64,000 nt of DNA, from positions 30,937 through 94,936 of the forward strand of contig NZ_CBFHNB010000001.1 of the NCBI RefSeq assembly GCF_965657105.1. The letters are read 5' to 3'. This stretch comes from Candidatus Puniceispirillum sp. GTDB taxonomy: Bacteria; Pseudomonadota; Alphaproteobacteria; Puniceispirillales; Puniceispirillaceae. The notes below the pieces were generated by a model that did no database searches, was not told the DNA's origin, and saw nothing but the letters and a program-made list of their open reading frames with translations. The position numbers and the translations under genes are program-made. Positions 55,056 through 64,000 of this stretch are shown in pieces (position 1 is the stretch's first letter; each line of letters starts with the position of its first letter).

Positions 55056-56279
55056 ATGAGCACGCAAAATATAAAAAAAGTTGTTCTCGCCTATTCTGGT
55101 GGTTTGGACACATCGGTCATTCTGCGGTGGTTGCAAGATCACTATAACGCAGAGGTTGTAACCTTTACCGCCGATATTGGCCAGGGTGAAGATATAGAAC
55201 CGGCACGCGCCAAAGCCGAACTCATGGGCATAAAGCAAATCTATATTGAAGATTTACGCGAAGAATTTGTCCGTGACTATGTGTTTCCAATGTTTCGCGC
55301 TAATCCGCTTTATGAGGGATGCTATCTTCTTGGCACCTCGATCGCGCGCCCGCTGATTGCAAAACGCCAGATTGAAATTGCCCGCGAAGTCGGTGCCGAA
55401 GCTGTATCACATGGTGCCACAGGCAAAGGCAACGACCAGGTTCGTTTCGAACTAGCCTATTATGCGCTACAGCCTGATATCAAAGTCATCGCGCCATGGC
55501 GTGAGTGGGATCTTGGCTCACGCACAAAGCTGATTGCTTATGCCGAACAAAACCAGATACCCATTCCAAAAGATAAACGAGGCGAAGCCCCGTTTAGCGT
55601 AGATGCCAATCTGCTTCATATTTCGGCTGAAGGAAAAGTGTTGGAAGACCCATGGGTCGCGCCAGAAGAATATGTATTCTCGCGTAGCGTGTCGCCAGAG
55701 GACGCGCCAAACAAGGCCACTGAAATCGAAATCACCTTTAAATCAGGTGATCCTGTCGCCATTGATGGGATTGAAATGTCGCCTGCCACCTTGCTGACCA
55801 AGCTGAATGAACTTGGTGGGGCTAACGGCATTGGCCGGCTTGATCTGGTGGAAAACCGCTTTGTTGGCATGAAGTCACGCGGCGTTTATGAAACGCCTGG
55901 CGGCACTGTTTTGCTGACCGCGCGACGGGCGATGGAATCAATCACGCTTGATCGGGGTGCTGCCCATCAAAAAGACGAACTGATGCCGCGCTATGCTGAA
56001 CTTATTTATAATGGGTTTTGGTTCTCGCCTGAACGTGAAATGCTTCAAGCGGCTATCGATAGCTGCCGTGATCTGGTCAATGGTGTCGTGCGGTTGCGCC
56101 TTTATAAAGGCAATGTCATTGTAACAGGCCGCAAATCACCTAATTCACTTTACAATGCCGATCTGGTCACCTTTGAAGAAGGTGCCGTTGATTACGATCA
56201 TAGCGACGCGCACGGTTTTATCCGCCTTAACGCGCTACGGCTTCGGGTGAATAAGCTAACCCAAGACGGCAAGAATTAG
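55056..56279 (+). CDS. argG: Argininosuccinate synthase
   Basis: The N-terminal ATP-PPase motif AYSGGLDTS is present and the sequence is ArgG-like throughout. Confidence 0.92.
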   Translation: MSTQNIKKVVLAYSGGLDTSVILRWLQDHYNAEVVTFTADIGQGEDIEPARAKAELMGIKQIYIEDLREEFVRDYVFPMFRANPLYEGCYLLGTSIARPLIAKRQIEIAREVGAEAVSHGATGKGNDQVRFELAYYALQPDIKVIAPWREWDLGSRTKLIAYAEQNQIPIPKDKRGEAPFSVDANLLHISAEGKVLEDPWVAPEEYVFSRSVSPEDAPNKATEIEITFKSGDPVAIDGIEMSPATLLTKLNELGGANGIGRLDLVENRFVGMKSRGVYETPGGTVLLTARRAMESITLDRGAAHQKDELMPRYAELIYNGFWFSPEREMLQAAIDSCRDLVNGVVRLRLYKGNVIVTGRKSPNSLYNADLVTFEEGAVDYDHSDAHGFIRLNALRLRVNKLTQDGKN

Positions 56280-56292
56280 AGCCTAATTACGT

Positions 56293-56553
56293 CTATTCAG
56301 GCACACAGACATTACCAACTGTACCATCACGGTTAACCTGTTTTAAGGCGACCGTCCCCGTTGGCGCTAATGCGAATCCCGATTGACGCATGCCTGTTGG
56401 ACAGGGCGATACAACAGCCCATTCATAAACCGCATTACCGTTACTATGTTCACGGAACTCTTGGACATTATCTGATGTAAATGCCGCCACAAGCCCAACC
56501 ACTAAAATGAGTCCTAGCATTATCTTTCCTTTGTTTAAGATGGTGTGGTTCAA
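56293..56553 (-). CDS. Small secreted or membrane-anchored hypothetical protein
   Basis: 86-aa ORF with a hydrophobic N-terminus (MLGLILVVGLVAAF, possible start 56520) and two Cys. No family recognised. Confidence 0.4.
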   Translation of the reverse strand: MNHTILNKGKIMLGLILVVGLVAAFTSDNVQEFREHSNGNAVYEWAVVSPCPTGMRQSGFALAPTGTVALKQVNRDGTVGNVCVPE

Positions 56554-56630
56554 TAGTCTGATAGTTAGTCATTTCGAAAAGCAGACTTTCGATTCGCTTA
56601 ACTTAACTTCAAAATATGGCAAAAATCAGC

Positions 56631-56671
56631 CGTAAAAACGACAGAACCCGCCAAGTGATCCTGGCGGGTTC
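56631..56671 (-). terminator. Rho-independent terminator of sodB
   Basis: Perfect 10-bp stem GAACCCGCCA/TGGCGGGTTC (56644-56653 / 56662-56671), followed on the minus strand by GTCGTTTTTAC. It lies 35 nt after the sodB stop. Confidence 0.7.
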
Positions 56672-56705
56672 AATCATGTTAGATCATGTCACGACGACAT
56701 TATGG

Positions 56706-57305
56706 CTAGAGTTGTGCCGCCACAAATTCCCAATTGACCAGATTATCGAGGAAATTCGACAGGTAATCAGGACGCTTATTTCGAAAATCGATATAATAGG
56801 AATGTTCCCATACATCACAACCGAGCAAAGCTGTCTGACCAAAACATAGGGGATTAACGCCATTTTCGGTCTTGGTGACTTGTAAACCACCATCGGCATT
56901 CTTTACCAACCAGCACCAGCCAGAACCAAATTGCGACGCGCCCGCAGCTTTAAACGCATCGGTAAACGCATCAACACTGCCAAAGCTCTCAATCAGTGCT
57001 TTTTCCAACTCAGATGGCATAGCGCTTTTGCCAGGTCCCATCATCTCCCAGAATTGCATATGGTTCCAGTGCTGTGACGCATTATTAAATATACCGTTCT
57101 GCGCTACCGCATCGGCTTGATAAGTGCCGGTAATGATGTCTTCGAGTGATTTATTTTCCCACTCGGTGCCCGCAACCAGCTTGTTGCCATTAACGACATA
57201 GGCGTTGTGATGCAGGTCATGATGGTATTCTAGGGTTTCTGCGCTCATGCCAAGTTCGGCTAACGCATCATGTGAATAAGGTAGGTCGGGTAGTGTGAAT
57301 GCCAT
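56706..57305 (-). CDS. sodB: Fe/Mn-family superoxide dismutase (Fe-type features)
   Basis: 199 aa with motifs HHDLHHNAYV, FNNASQHWNH and DVWEHSYY. Confidence 0.9.
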   Translation of the reverse strand: MAFTLPDLPYSHDALAELGMSAETLEYHHDLHHNAYVVNGNKLVAGTEWENKSLEDIITGTYQADAVAQNGIFNNASQHWNHMQFWEMMGPGKSAMPSELEKALIESFGSVDAFTDAFKAAGASQFGSGWCWLVKNADGGLQVTKTENGVNPLCFGQTALLGCDVWEHSYYIDFRNKRPDYLSNFLDNLVNWEFVAAQL

Positions 57306-57451
57306 ATCAGCCTCCGGATGTTACGAGAAATTATTCTATTCCCTACATACACCTCATTTCATTTTCGATAAACATTAAGATGAAAAAATGTATATTATTC
57401 TTGTAATCAAATTTGATGTCCGCACTCAGCCAGATGGTGCAAGCAGGGACA

Positions 57452-57494
57452 CCGACAGACAAGAGCCGACAGACTAAGAGCCAACAGATAAGAG
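57452..57494. repeat. 14/15-nt tandem repeat x3 (CCGACAGACAAGAG / CCGACAGACTAAGAG / CCAACAGATAAGAG)
   Basis: Read directly. It ends 9 nt before ATG 57504 of the gamma-CA-like gene and lies 147-189 nt upstream of sodB on the other strand. Confidence 0.9.
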
Positions 57495-57503
57495 ATAAAA
57501 CTG

Positions 57504-58121
57504 ATGACCGAAGACAGCGATAATATGCCGGCCTCGCCGCATAAGCCATATATTGCGCCATTCATGGGGATATCACCCGAAATTGACATGACGGTCTTTA
57601 TGGCCGCAACCGCTGCCATCATTGGTGCCGTGCGCATCGGCAAAAACAGCAGTATCTGGCATCACGTCACCATACGGGGCGATAATAACTATATCACCAT
57701 CGGCGAAGGCACTAATATCCAGGATAATAGCTGTGTCCATATAGACAGCATCACATACCCGACAATCATCGGTAATTTTGTCACTATCGGTCATGGCGCG
57801 ATTATTCACGCTTGCACGATTGGCGATTATGGCTTTGTTGGCATGGGTGCCATTGTCATGGATGGTGCCACCATTGAAACGACTGGTATGCTGGCTGCCG
57901 GAGCCATGCTGACAGCGGGCAAGACCATTCCGGCTGGTGAATTATGGGCTGGCAGACCAGCCAAGAAAATGCGCGATCTGACAGCTAAAGAACTGACATT
58001 CAATCAACGCTCGGCACATCATTATATCGAAGTCGCACGGGCACATCGCCTTGGCAAGGATGGCGCGCCTTTTGATAATATGCATTACCGCCCCTTGCCC
58101 CTGCGTGTGGACAAGACGTAA
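57504..58121 (+). CDS. Gamma-class carbonic anhydrase-like / left-handed beta-helix (hexapeptide repeat) protein
   Basis: Hexapeptide-repeat core (IGAVRIGKNSSIWHHVTIRGDNNYITIGEGTNIQDNSCVH). A possible alternative start is ATG 57525. Confidence 0.8.
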   Translation: MTEDSDNMPASPHKPYIAPFMGISPEIDMTVFMAATAAIIGAVRIGKNSSIWHHVTIRGDNNYITIGEGTNIQDNSCVHIDSITYPTIIGNFVTIGHGAIIHACTIGDYGFVGMGAIVMDGATIETTGMLAAGAMLTAGKTIPAGELWAGRPAKKMRDLTAKELTFNQRSAHHYIEVARAHRLGKDGAPFDNMHYRPLPLRVDKT

Positions 58122-58196
58122 TAACTTGAAAATCATACACACTCGGTGCATGAACAAATTCAACCTGATCTGGAAGACATAGATGGAGATAATTCG

Positions 58197-59648
58197 ATGC
58201 ACTTAAAAAACCCTGCTTTATTGCGATCCCAAGCCTATATCAATGGTGCGTGGGTATCGGCGGCTGATGGGAAAACCTTTGCTGTACATAATCCGGTATC
58301 AGGCGACGTGATTGCACAGGTTGCCGATCTGGGCGCAGCTGAAATTACCGCGGCGATTGACGCATCGGTGCCAGCCCAAAAAGCATGGGCCGCGCGCACC
58401 GCCAAGGATCGCGCGATGGTTATGCGCAAATGGTATGATCTGGCCATGGCGAATGCTGATGATTTGGCTGTGATCCTGACCACCGAAATGGGCAAGCCGC
58501 TTAGCGAAGCCAAAGGCGAGATTGCCTATGGTTCCAGCTTTATTGACTGGTTCGCCGAAGAAGCGCGCCGGATTAGCGGTGATGTTCTGGAAAGCCCTAT
58601 ACCAGGCAAGCGTATGCTCACATTGAAGCAGCCTATTGGTGTGTTTGGTGCGATCACGCCGTGGAATTTTCCTAATGCCATGATCACCCGCAAGGTGGCA
58701 CCGGGCATCGCCGCCGGATGCGCCTGTGTGCTGAAACCGGCTGAACAGACACCTTTGTCAGCACTTGCACTGGCGGTATTGGCGCATGAAGCGGGCATTC
58801 CAGCAGGCATTTTGAATATTGTCACTGGCATGGATGCCCCCGCCATTGGCAAAGCCTTATGCGATGATCCACGCATCCGCAAGATGACCTTTACCGGATC
58901 AACCGAAGTTGGCCGTATCCTGATGCGCGAATGCGCCGATACAGTCAAGAAGATGAGCCTTGAGCTAGGCGGTAACGCCCCACTGATTGTGTTTGATGAT
59001 GCCGATCTTGATGACGCTGTCGAAGGTGCTTTGCTGTCAAAATTCCGCAATGCAGGGCAGACTTGTGTTTGTGCAAACCGGATTTTTGTTCAGGATGGCA
59101 TTTACGATGCCTTTGCCAAAAAACTGACCGCGCGCGTCGCCAGCATGAAAGTCGGTGACGGTATGGATGCTGGCGTCGAGCAGGGGCCGATCATTGACGA
59201 ACAAGGCTTTGCCAAAATCGTCGCCCATATCGATGACGCCCGCGCCAAAGGTGCAACCGTCACAACTGGCGGTGTGCCACATGAACGTGGTGGCACCTTC
59301 TTTGCGCCAACCGTGCTGACCGATATGGATAAATCGATGCAGCTATTTAGCGAGGAAACCTTTGGTCCTGTTGCTGGCCTGTTCAAATTCTCCGATGAAG
59401 CCGAGGTGATCGCCGCCGCTAATGATACTGAATTTGGTCTGGCGGCCTATCTCTTCACTAAAGATTCTGCCCGCCTATTTCGTGTTAGTGAGGCGCTTGA
59501 ATATGGCATTGTCTCAGTCAATACGGGTATTTTTTCATCCGAAGTGGGGCCATTTGGCGGGGTCAAAAATTCGGGTCTTGGCCGCGAAGGTTCAAAATAC
59601 GGTATCGATGAATTTCTGGAAATCAAATTGCTTTGTATTGGTGACTAA
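58197..59648 (+). CDS. gabD: NAD(P)+-dependent succinate-semialdehyde dehydrogenase
   Basis: GabD-like ALDH (MSLELGGNAPLIVFDDADLD, catalytic GQTCVCANR). ATG 58197 lies 8 nt after GGAG. Confidence 0.85.
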   Translation: MHLKNPALLRSQAYINGAWVSAADGKTFAVHNPVSGDVIAQVADLGAAEITAAIDASVPAQKAWAARTAKDRAMVMRKWYDLAMANADDLAVILTTEMGKPLSEAKGEIAYGSSFIDWFAEEARRISGDVLESPIPGKRMLTLKQPIGVFGAITPWNFPNAMITRKVAPGIAAGCACVLKPAEQTPLSALALAVLAHEAGIPAGILNIVTGMDAPAIGKALCDDPRIRKMTFTGSTEVGRILMRECADTVKKMSLELGGNAPLIVFDDADLDDAVEGALLSKFRNAGQTCVCANRIFVQDGIYDAFAKKLTARVASMKVGDGMDAGVEQGPIIDEQGFAKIVAHIDDARAKGATVTTGGVPHERGGTFFAPTVLTDMDKSMQLFSEETFGPVAGLFKFSDEAEVIAAANDTEFGLAAYLFTKDSARLFRVSEALEYGIVSVNTGIFSSEVGPFGGVKNSGLGREGSKYGIDEFLEIKLLCIGD

Positions 59649-59667
59649 TCACCCCCCTTGCACCATG

Positions 59668-59696
59668 AAAAAAGGCCGGAGAAATCCGGCCTTTTT
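59668..59696. terminator. Bidirectional rho-independent terminator
   Basis: AAAAAA-GGCCGGA-GAAA-TCCGGCC-TTTTT sits about 20 nt from the stops of both convergent genes. Confidence 0.75.
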
Positions 59697-59716
59697 CATA
59701 CGCATGATTTACAAAG

Positions 59717-60586
59717 CTAGGTTTTCCGTAACCGCCGGATCAGGCTGGATGTGTCATTCCGGCCATGGCCATCGGCACTCAGCTCGTCATAATAGCCAGC
59801 AACAATTTTCGTGACTGGCAGTGGGGCACCATTCTGCGCCGCTTCGGCCAGACAGATCCGCAAATCCTTGCGCATCCAGTCAACGGCAAAGCCAAAATCA
59901 AATTCGTTCGCTACCATCGTATGGCCGCGATTGACCATCTGCCATGATTGCGCCGCGCCGCCTGAAATCGCCTCGAGCAATTTATCCGTATCAAGACCCG
60001 CTTCTGTAGCAAAATTCAAGGCTTCGGACAGACCTTGAACCAGACCAGCGATACAGATCTGATTCGCCATCTTGGCTTGCTGGCCTTTGCCAGCACCGCC
60101 CATATGCACAACGCGCGCACTATAGCATTCGATCACCGGCAAAGCCGTGGCAAAGGCGTCATCATCGCCACCAATCATCACTGTCAGCTTGCCATTTTCA
60201 GCACCTGCCTGCCCACCTGACACTGGCGCGTCAAGTGACGCAAAATTATGCGCCCGCGCCGCCGCGTCAAGTTGCCGGGCGACATCCGCCGACACTGTAC
60301 TATTATCAATATAGACAGCGCCGTCACGCATCGCGCCAAACGCGCCATCGTCACCCAGCGCCACTGCCAGCGCATCTGGATCATCGCCAACACAGGCAAA
60401 TACGAAATCCGCCCCAGCCGCGGCCAAAGCTGGTGTCGGAGCCAATGCACCACCATGTTTAGCCACCCAGCTTTCAGCTTTAGATGTTGTGCGGTTATAG
60501 ACCGTAACCTCATGCCCTGCCGCTGCGATATGACCTGCCATGGGGAAACCCATAACGCCGAGACCCAGAAATGCTACCTTTGCCAT
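59717..60586 (-). CDS. 3-hydroxyisobutyrate dehydrogenase-family NAD(P)-dependent oxidoreductase
   Basis: 289 aa with an N-terminal [16 protein letters not shown] Rossmann motif and the 6-PGDH-like C-terminal domain typical of HIBADH / tartronate semialdehyde reductase. Confidence 0.8.
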   Translation of the reverse strand: MAKVAFLGLGVMGFPMAGHIAAAGHEVTVYNRTTSKAESWVAKHGGALAPTPALAAAGADFVFACVGDDPDALAVALGDDGAFGAMRDGAVYIDNSTVSADVARQLDAAARAHNFASLDAPVSGGQAGAENGKLTVMIGGDDDAFATALPVIECYSARVVHMGGAGKGQQAKMANQICIAGLVQGLSEALNFATEAGLDTDKLLEAISGGAAQSWQMVNRGHTMVANEFDFGFAVDWMRKDLRICLAEAAQNGAPLPVTKIVAGYYDELSADGHGRNDTSSLIRRLRKT

Positions 60587-60721
60587 TTGACTACCCTTTG
60601 GATTGATCTAAAATATACTATTGACGTTGAATTGAACCTAGTCATTTTGCGAATGCTGACTATACTCAGTCTCATAATGATCGCCTTCGGGCCATCCAAT
60701 CAAGTGGGAATAGCTTACCTC

Positions 60722-61264
60722 ATGACTGTATTGTCCAGCCAGCACGAAATTGAAATACTGATTACCGAAACTGAAATTGAGGCACGCACCAATCAGCTGG
60801 CACATATTATTTCGGATCACTATAGCGGCACCGATCAGCTTGTTGTTGTTGGCTTGTTGCGTGGCTCGTTCATTTTCATTGCCGATCTTGTGCGCCGGCT
60901 TGATCTGCCGGTCGAGGTCGATTTCATGACAGTATCTTCCTATGGCGATAAAATGGAATCATCGCGTCAGGTTCGCATCCTGAATGATCTGGATGGGTCA
61001 ATCAAAGACCGTGATGTGTTGATCGTCGAGGATATCATCGATACTGGCCACACATTGTCACAGGTTTTAAAAATCCTGCAGACACGCCAACCAAAATCAA
61101 TTGCCATCTGCACCCTATTAAACAAGCCATCACGACGCGAAGTCGATGTTGACATTGACTGGATTGGGTTTGATATCCCAGATGAGTTCGTGATTGGCTA
61201 TGGCATCGATTTTGCCCAGCAAGGCCGCAATCTGCCGCATATCGGCATTGTCAAAAAATCCTGA
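60722..61264 (+). CDS. hpt: Hypoxanthine(-guanine) phosphoribosyltransferase
   Basis: 180 aa from ATG 60722, with the PRPP-binding motif [13 protein letters not shown]. The 5' part of the 338-aa track ORF is antisense to the neighbouring gene and is discarded. Confidence 0.9.
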   Translation: MTVLSSQHEIEILITETEIEARTNQLAHIISDHYSGTDQLVVVGLLRGSFIFIADLVRRLDLPVEVDFMTVSSYGDKMESSRQVRILNDLDGSIKDRDVLIVEDIIDTGHTLSQVLKILQTRQPKSIAICTLLNKPSRREVDVDIDWIGFDIPDEFVIGYGIDFAQQGRNLPHIGIVKKS

Positions 61265-61311
61265 ATGCGGCCACCACCTAGAAACAGCGCGTAAAGCTCT
61301 GCACCTAGGGT

Positions 61312-62640
61312 TTAAGACAGAAACGCGTCTTCATAACGATATGTCGAAAGCGGAATCGCGCCTTGATCGGTCACCACCACCTGTTCTTCCAGCTTCACAC
61401 CATCACGGCCACCAACAGCCCCGACATAGGCTTCAACACACAAAGTCATACCAACCTCAAAACAACCGCCATAGCCATGATGTTCGACATCTTCCGGATA
61501 GCGCACAGACGGATATTCGTCACATAGCCCAACACCATGCGCCAGCACACCATAACGCAAGGCGCGGTATTCTTCGGGTAGCCGATGCGCAATGCGGGTC
61601 ATGTCGGAAAAACGCATACCAGGCTCGATCAGCCCGATATTGGTCATCACATGGTCATAGGCCACCTGGTAAAGATGTTTTTGCGTGTCACGTGGTGACC
61701 CATCACCCACCAGCCATGTGCGCGAAATATCACAACAATAACCATAGGTGCCCACAAGATCAGTATCAAAGGCCATCAGATCACCATCCTGCATGATTCG
61801 TGGGCCACATTCCTGAAACCACGGATTAGTGCGGGGGCCTGATGACAGGATCCGCGTTTCAATCCATTCACCCCCACGCTTGATATTGCCTGCATGCAAT
61901 ACTGCCCATAATTCATTTTCACTAATGCCGGCACGCATTTCATCGCGCATTTCTTCAACAGCTAATTCGCATGTGGCAATCGCACAGCGCATGGCATTCA
62001 GTTCATTCTCATTCTTGATCGATCGCCCGTGTTCAGTTAGCACCTGCCCTTCAAGCACCTCGACGCCAAGTCCCACCAAAGCGGCATAGCCAAGATTTTC
62101 CATTTTATCGACAGCCAGACGTTTATTGCCTGGCGCATAACGGTGCATGATATCGACCATCTGATCGGCAAAGGCTTTCGCTGCCTCAGCGGTCCTGTCA
62201 CCTGTTTCAAAATAAAAGAAACTGGCGCCACCACGAAGTTCACCCACCAGCGGTAAATGCGCCGATAGATGTTCACAATTATGAAAATCCCACAGAATCA
62301 TCTTACCTTCGGGGGGTACGAAACAGGCACGCGCCATATTATGCGACGTCCATAACTGCATATTGGTCGTATCGGTGGCATAGCGGATATTCAGCGGGTC
62401 AAACAGTAGCAGACCCGCGCAATCATGTTTGCGTATCTGTTGTTGCAAACGCTCAAGCCGATAAGCCCGCAATGCAGGCATATCTGGAGCGGTAAGCCCT
62501 AGCTGTTTCCATTCTTCAAAAGCTAAAGCCGTCGGGCCTATTTCCACCCGGTCATTATCATCAGGCGTATTATCCGGTTTCAAATGCAAACGCCGCGTCG
62601 GATCAATTTTACGGTTTGAACCTACAATTAACTGACTCAT
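61312..62640 (-). CDS. dddP: DMSP lyase DddP (M24 metallopeptidase-fold)
   Basis: 442 aa. Blocks RKIDP, RVEIGPT, LFDPLNIRYATDTTNMQLW, KRGGEWIETRILSSGPRTNPWFQECGPR, FDTDLVGTYGYCCDISRTW and HGVGLCDEYP match my memory of characterised DddP proteins. ATG 62640 lies 5 nt after GGAGGA. Confidence 0.75.
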   Translation of the reverse strand: MSQLIVGSNRKIDPTRRLHLKPDNTPDDNDRVEIGPTALAFEEWKQLGLTAPDMPALRAYRLERLQQQIRKHDCAGLLLFDPLNIRYATDTTNMQLWTSHNMARACFVPPEGKMILWDFHNCEHLSAHLPLVGELRGGASFFYFETGDRTAEAAKAFADQMVDIMHRYAPGNKRLAVDKMENLGYAALVGLGVEVLEGQVLTEHGRSIKNENELNAMRCAIATCELAVEEMRDEMRAGISENELWAVLHAGNIKRGGEWIETRILSSGPRTNPWFQECGPRIMQDGDLMAFDTDLVGTYGYCCDISRTWLVGDGSPRDTQKHLYQVAYDHVMTNIGLIEPGMRFSDMTRIAHRLPEEYRALRYGVLAHGVGLCDEYPSVRYPEDVEHHGYGGCFEVGMTLCVEAYVGAVGGRDGVKLEEQVVVTDQGAIPLSTYRYEDAFLS

Positions 62641-62729
62641 AGCATCCTCCAGCAAAGCTCTATCTGCTCACGCTGAACCTGTTTTTAAAAACCTTCAAGC
62701 ATTTTCTATATACCAGCTAGCCCAACAAA

Positions 62730-63728
62730 TCAGGCATTCACATCAACAAGAACACGTCCCTGAATCCGACCTTCAAGAATATCGGCACAATGGCCAGGCA
62801 CATCCGCCAGCCCGACAACCGTAACAGCATCATTCAGCTTATCGATAGGCAGATCGCTGGCAATGCGTGACCAAGCTGTGACGCGCCGCGCATAAGGGCA
62901 TGATGCCGAATCGATACCAATAAGCCCGATACCCCGAAGCAAAAACGGAATGACCGTCGTTGACAACGCATTGCCGCCGGCATTACCAACCGCAGCAACA
63001 GTCGCATTGGGTTTCATTTGCGTCAGCACCCGTGCCAGAATTTTGCCGCCTACAGCATCGATACAGCCAGCCCATCGCGCTGATTCCATTGGGCGACCGG
63101 TTTCCTCTTCAAGATCAGCCCGGGCAACAATAGTGCGTGCGCCAAGCCCTGTCAGATAATCCGCAATATCTGGACGCCCTGTCATCGCAGTTACCTCATA
63201 GCCTGTAGCGGCCAACAATGCCGTGGCAATGGATCCAACGCCACCACCGGCACCTGTTAACAGAATTTCACCATCATGCTTTTGTAATCCACGATCTTCC
63301 AGCGTCAGAATTGACAACATTGCGGTCAGGCCTGCCGTACCAACCGACATCGCATCACGCGTTGTCAAGCCTTTGGGAAGCGGCACCAGCCAGTCTGCTT
63401 TGACTTTGGCACGCTGGGCAAAGCCGCCCCACCAGACCTCGCCAACACGCCAGCCTGTCAGAATAACCTTATCACCAGGACTATAGCGATCATCCTCGCT
63501 CAAAATAACCTCACCAGCGAAATCGATACCCGGAATATGCGGATAACTTTTCACCAGACCACGTTGCCCAGCAAAACATAGACCGTCTTTATAATTGACG
63601 GTCGAATATTCAACCGCAATGAGCACGTCCCCCTCGGCAGGCAATTCGGATTCGTCAAGCTGTTCGACGGCGTGACTGAGATTCTCATCATCATCACGGT
63701 TCAGGACAAGTGCGTTAAATTTTGACAT
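62730..63728 (-). CDS. acuI: Acrylyl-CoA reductase (YhdH/AcuI subfamily of MDR oxidoreductases)
   Basis: 332 aa from ATG 63728 (preceded by GGAGAAA). YhdH-like blocks are present: VEYSTVNYKDGL, PHIPGIDFAGEV and LLTGAGGGVGS. Confidence 0.75.
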   Translation of the reverse strand: MSKFNALVLNRDDDENLSHAVEQLDESELPAEGDVLIAVEYSTVNYKDGLCFAGQRGLVKSYPHIPGIDFAGEVILSEDDRYSPGDKVILTGWRVGEVWWGGFAQRAKVKADWLVPLPKGLTTRDAMSVGTAGLTAMLSILTLEDRGLQKHDGEILLTGAGGGVGSIATALLAATGYEVTAMTGRPDIADYLTGLGARTIVARADLEEETGRPMESARWAGCIDAVGGKILARVLTQMKPNATVAAVGNAGGNALSTTVIPFLLRGIGLIGIDSASCPYARRVTAWSRIASDLPIDKLNDAVTVVGLADVPGHCADILEGRIQGRVLVDVNA

Positions 63729-63854
63729 TAGTTTCTCCACTATTGGTGGCAATGTGCCACGCGCAAACTATGCGCCGATAACAGCAATTTTAAGCGCATC
63801 TGCCAAGTCCAAAAAAGCTAACAGCTAGTTTTTCTGGCATTCAAACCTTGCTTG

Positions 63855-64000
63855 TCACACAATATCGCTTTGAAAAGTGGATTTGAAGTGATGCACAAAC
63901 TTCATTAAGGCACGCCATGACGCCGTTTCACCCTCAAATACACCTATATTGGCTTCCTGCCTGTATAATGGGCTGACATCAAAATTAGAAAAAACTTGAG
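63855..64000 (-). CDS. 3' end of a gene entering from the right edge (product unknown; tail faintly LysR-like)
   Basis: The minus-strand frame is open from the window edge to TGA (63855-63857): ...NFDVSPLYRQEANIGVFEGETASWRALMKFVHHFKSTFQSDIV*. Confidence 0.3.
   Translation of the reverse strand, partial: QVFSNFDVSPLYRQEANIGVFEGETASWRALMKFVHHFKSTFQSDIV

Noticed and set aside
19666-57494. Short direct repeats as possible CRISPR arrays
   Set aside because: The units are 11-18 nt and directly abutting or separated by 3-4 nt, with only 2-3 copies. There are no spacers of CRISPR length and no cas genes.
60248-60721. 5' extension of the hpt ORF (the track ORF is 338 aa)
   Set aside because: The first roughly 158 codons run antisense through the 3-hydroxyacid dehydrogenase gene and are Arg/Cys/His-rich. 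Authentic Hpt begins at ATG 60722, giving the usual 180 aa.
1-64000. Mobile elements, prophage, genomic island or defence system
   Set aside because: There is no transposase, integrase, tRNA attachment site, terminal inverted repeat, restriction-modification, Cas, toxin-antitoxin or phage-like ORF. I saw no abrupt compositional shift. Gene content is housekeeping and catabolic throughout.

Overview
Gene-dense chromosomal segment with about 60 protein genes, moderate GC by eye and short intergenic gaps. Gene content looks like a marine alphaproteobacterium: GapR/DUF2312, DUF1244, a PuuD/PuuE-type purine pathway, a two-domain cold-shock protein, an IalB-like protein and DddP. A SAR116/Puniceispirillum-like or roseobacter-like origin is only a guess and cannot be verified here. 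I found no rRNA, tRNA, CRISPR array, transposase, integrase, phage gene or recognisable defence or toxin-antitoxin gene, so this reads as core metabolism and not an accessory island.

Main blocks:
1. 0.1-17 kb: a TRAP transporter followed by a complete xanthine-to-glyoxylate purine catabolic cluster (NCS2 permease, 8-oxoguanine-deaminase-like amidohydrolase, allA, alc, puuE, puuD, xdhCBA, hiuH, uraD), with an FAD-linked oxidase fused to the uraD operon.
2. 17-21 kb: mmsA, a DMT permease, and an orphan coxS-coxM-like pair with no large subunit.
3. 21-28 kb: a decayed crotonase remnant, then a proXWV betaine-type importer co-transcribed with an Ldh2-family oxidoreductase, next to a class II aldolase-fold protein and a BetB-like aldehyde dehydrogenase. 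This is the best candidate here for an uncharacterised catabolic module.
4. 28-33 kb: lrp translationally coupled to a GT4 glycosyltransferase, two RNA methyltransferases and a GbdR/CdhR-type AraC regulator.
5. 33-37 kb: methylmalonyl-CoA mutase.
6. 37-59 kb: housekeeping genes (mntR, gapR, pyrF, csp, trxB, fba/fbp, rlmN, tesA-ybbAP, argG, sodB, gabD).
7. 61-64 kb: an acuI-dddP operon for DMSP cleavage and acrylate detoxification.

At the small scale the window holds five unrelated short tandem direct repeats. Four are in regulatory or intergenic DNA and one is in frame inside pyrF. There are also several clear terminators and an RBS-sequestering hairpin. All family calls rest on motif and architecture recognition from the translated ORFs. 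No alignment or database search was run.
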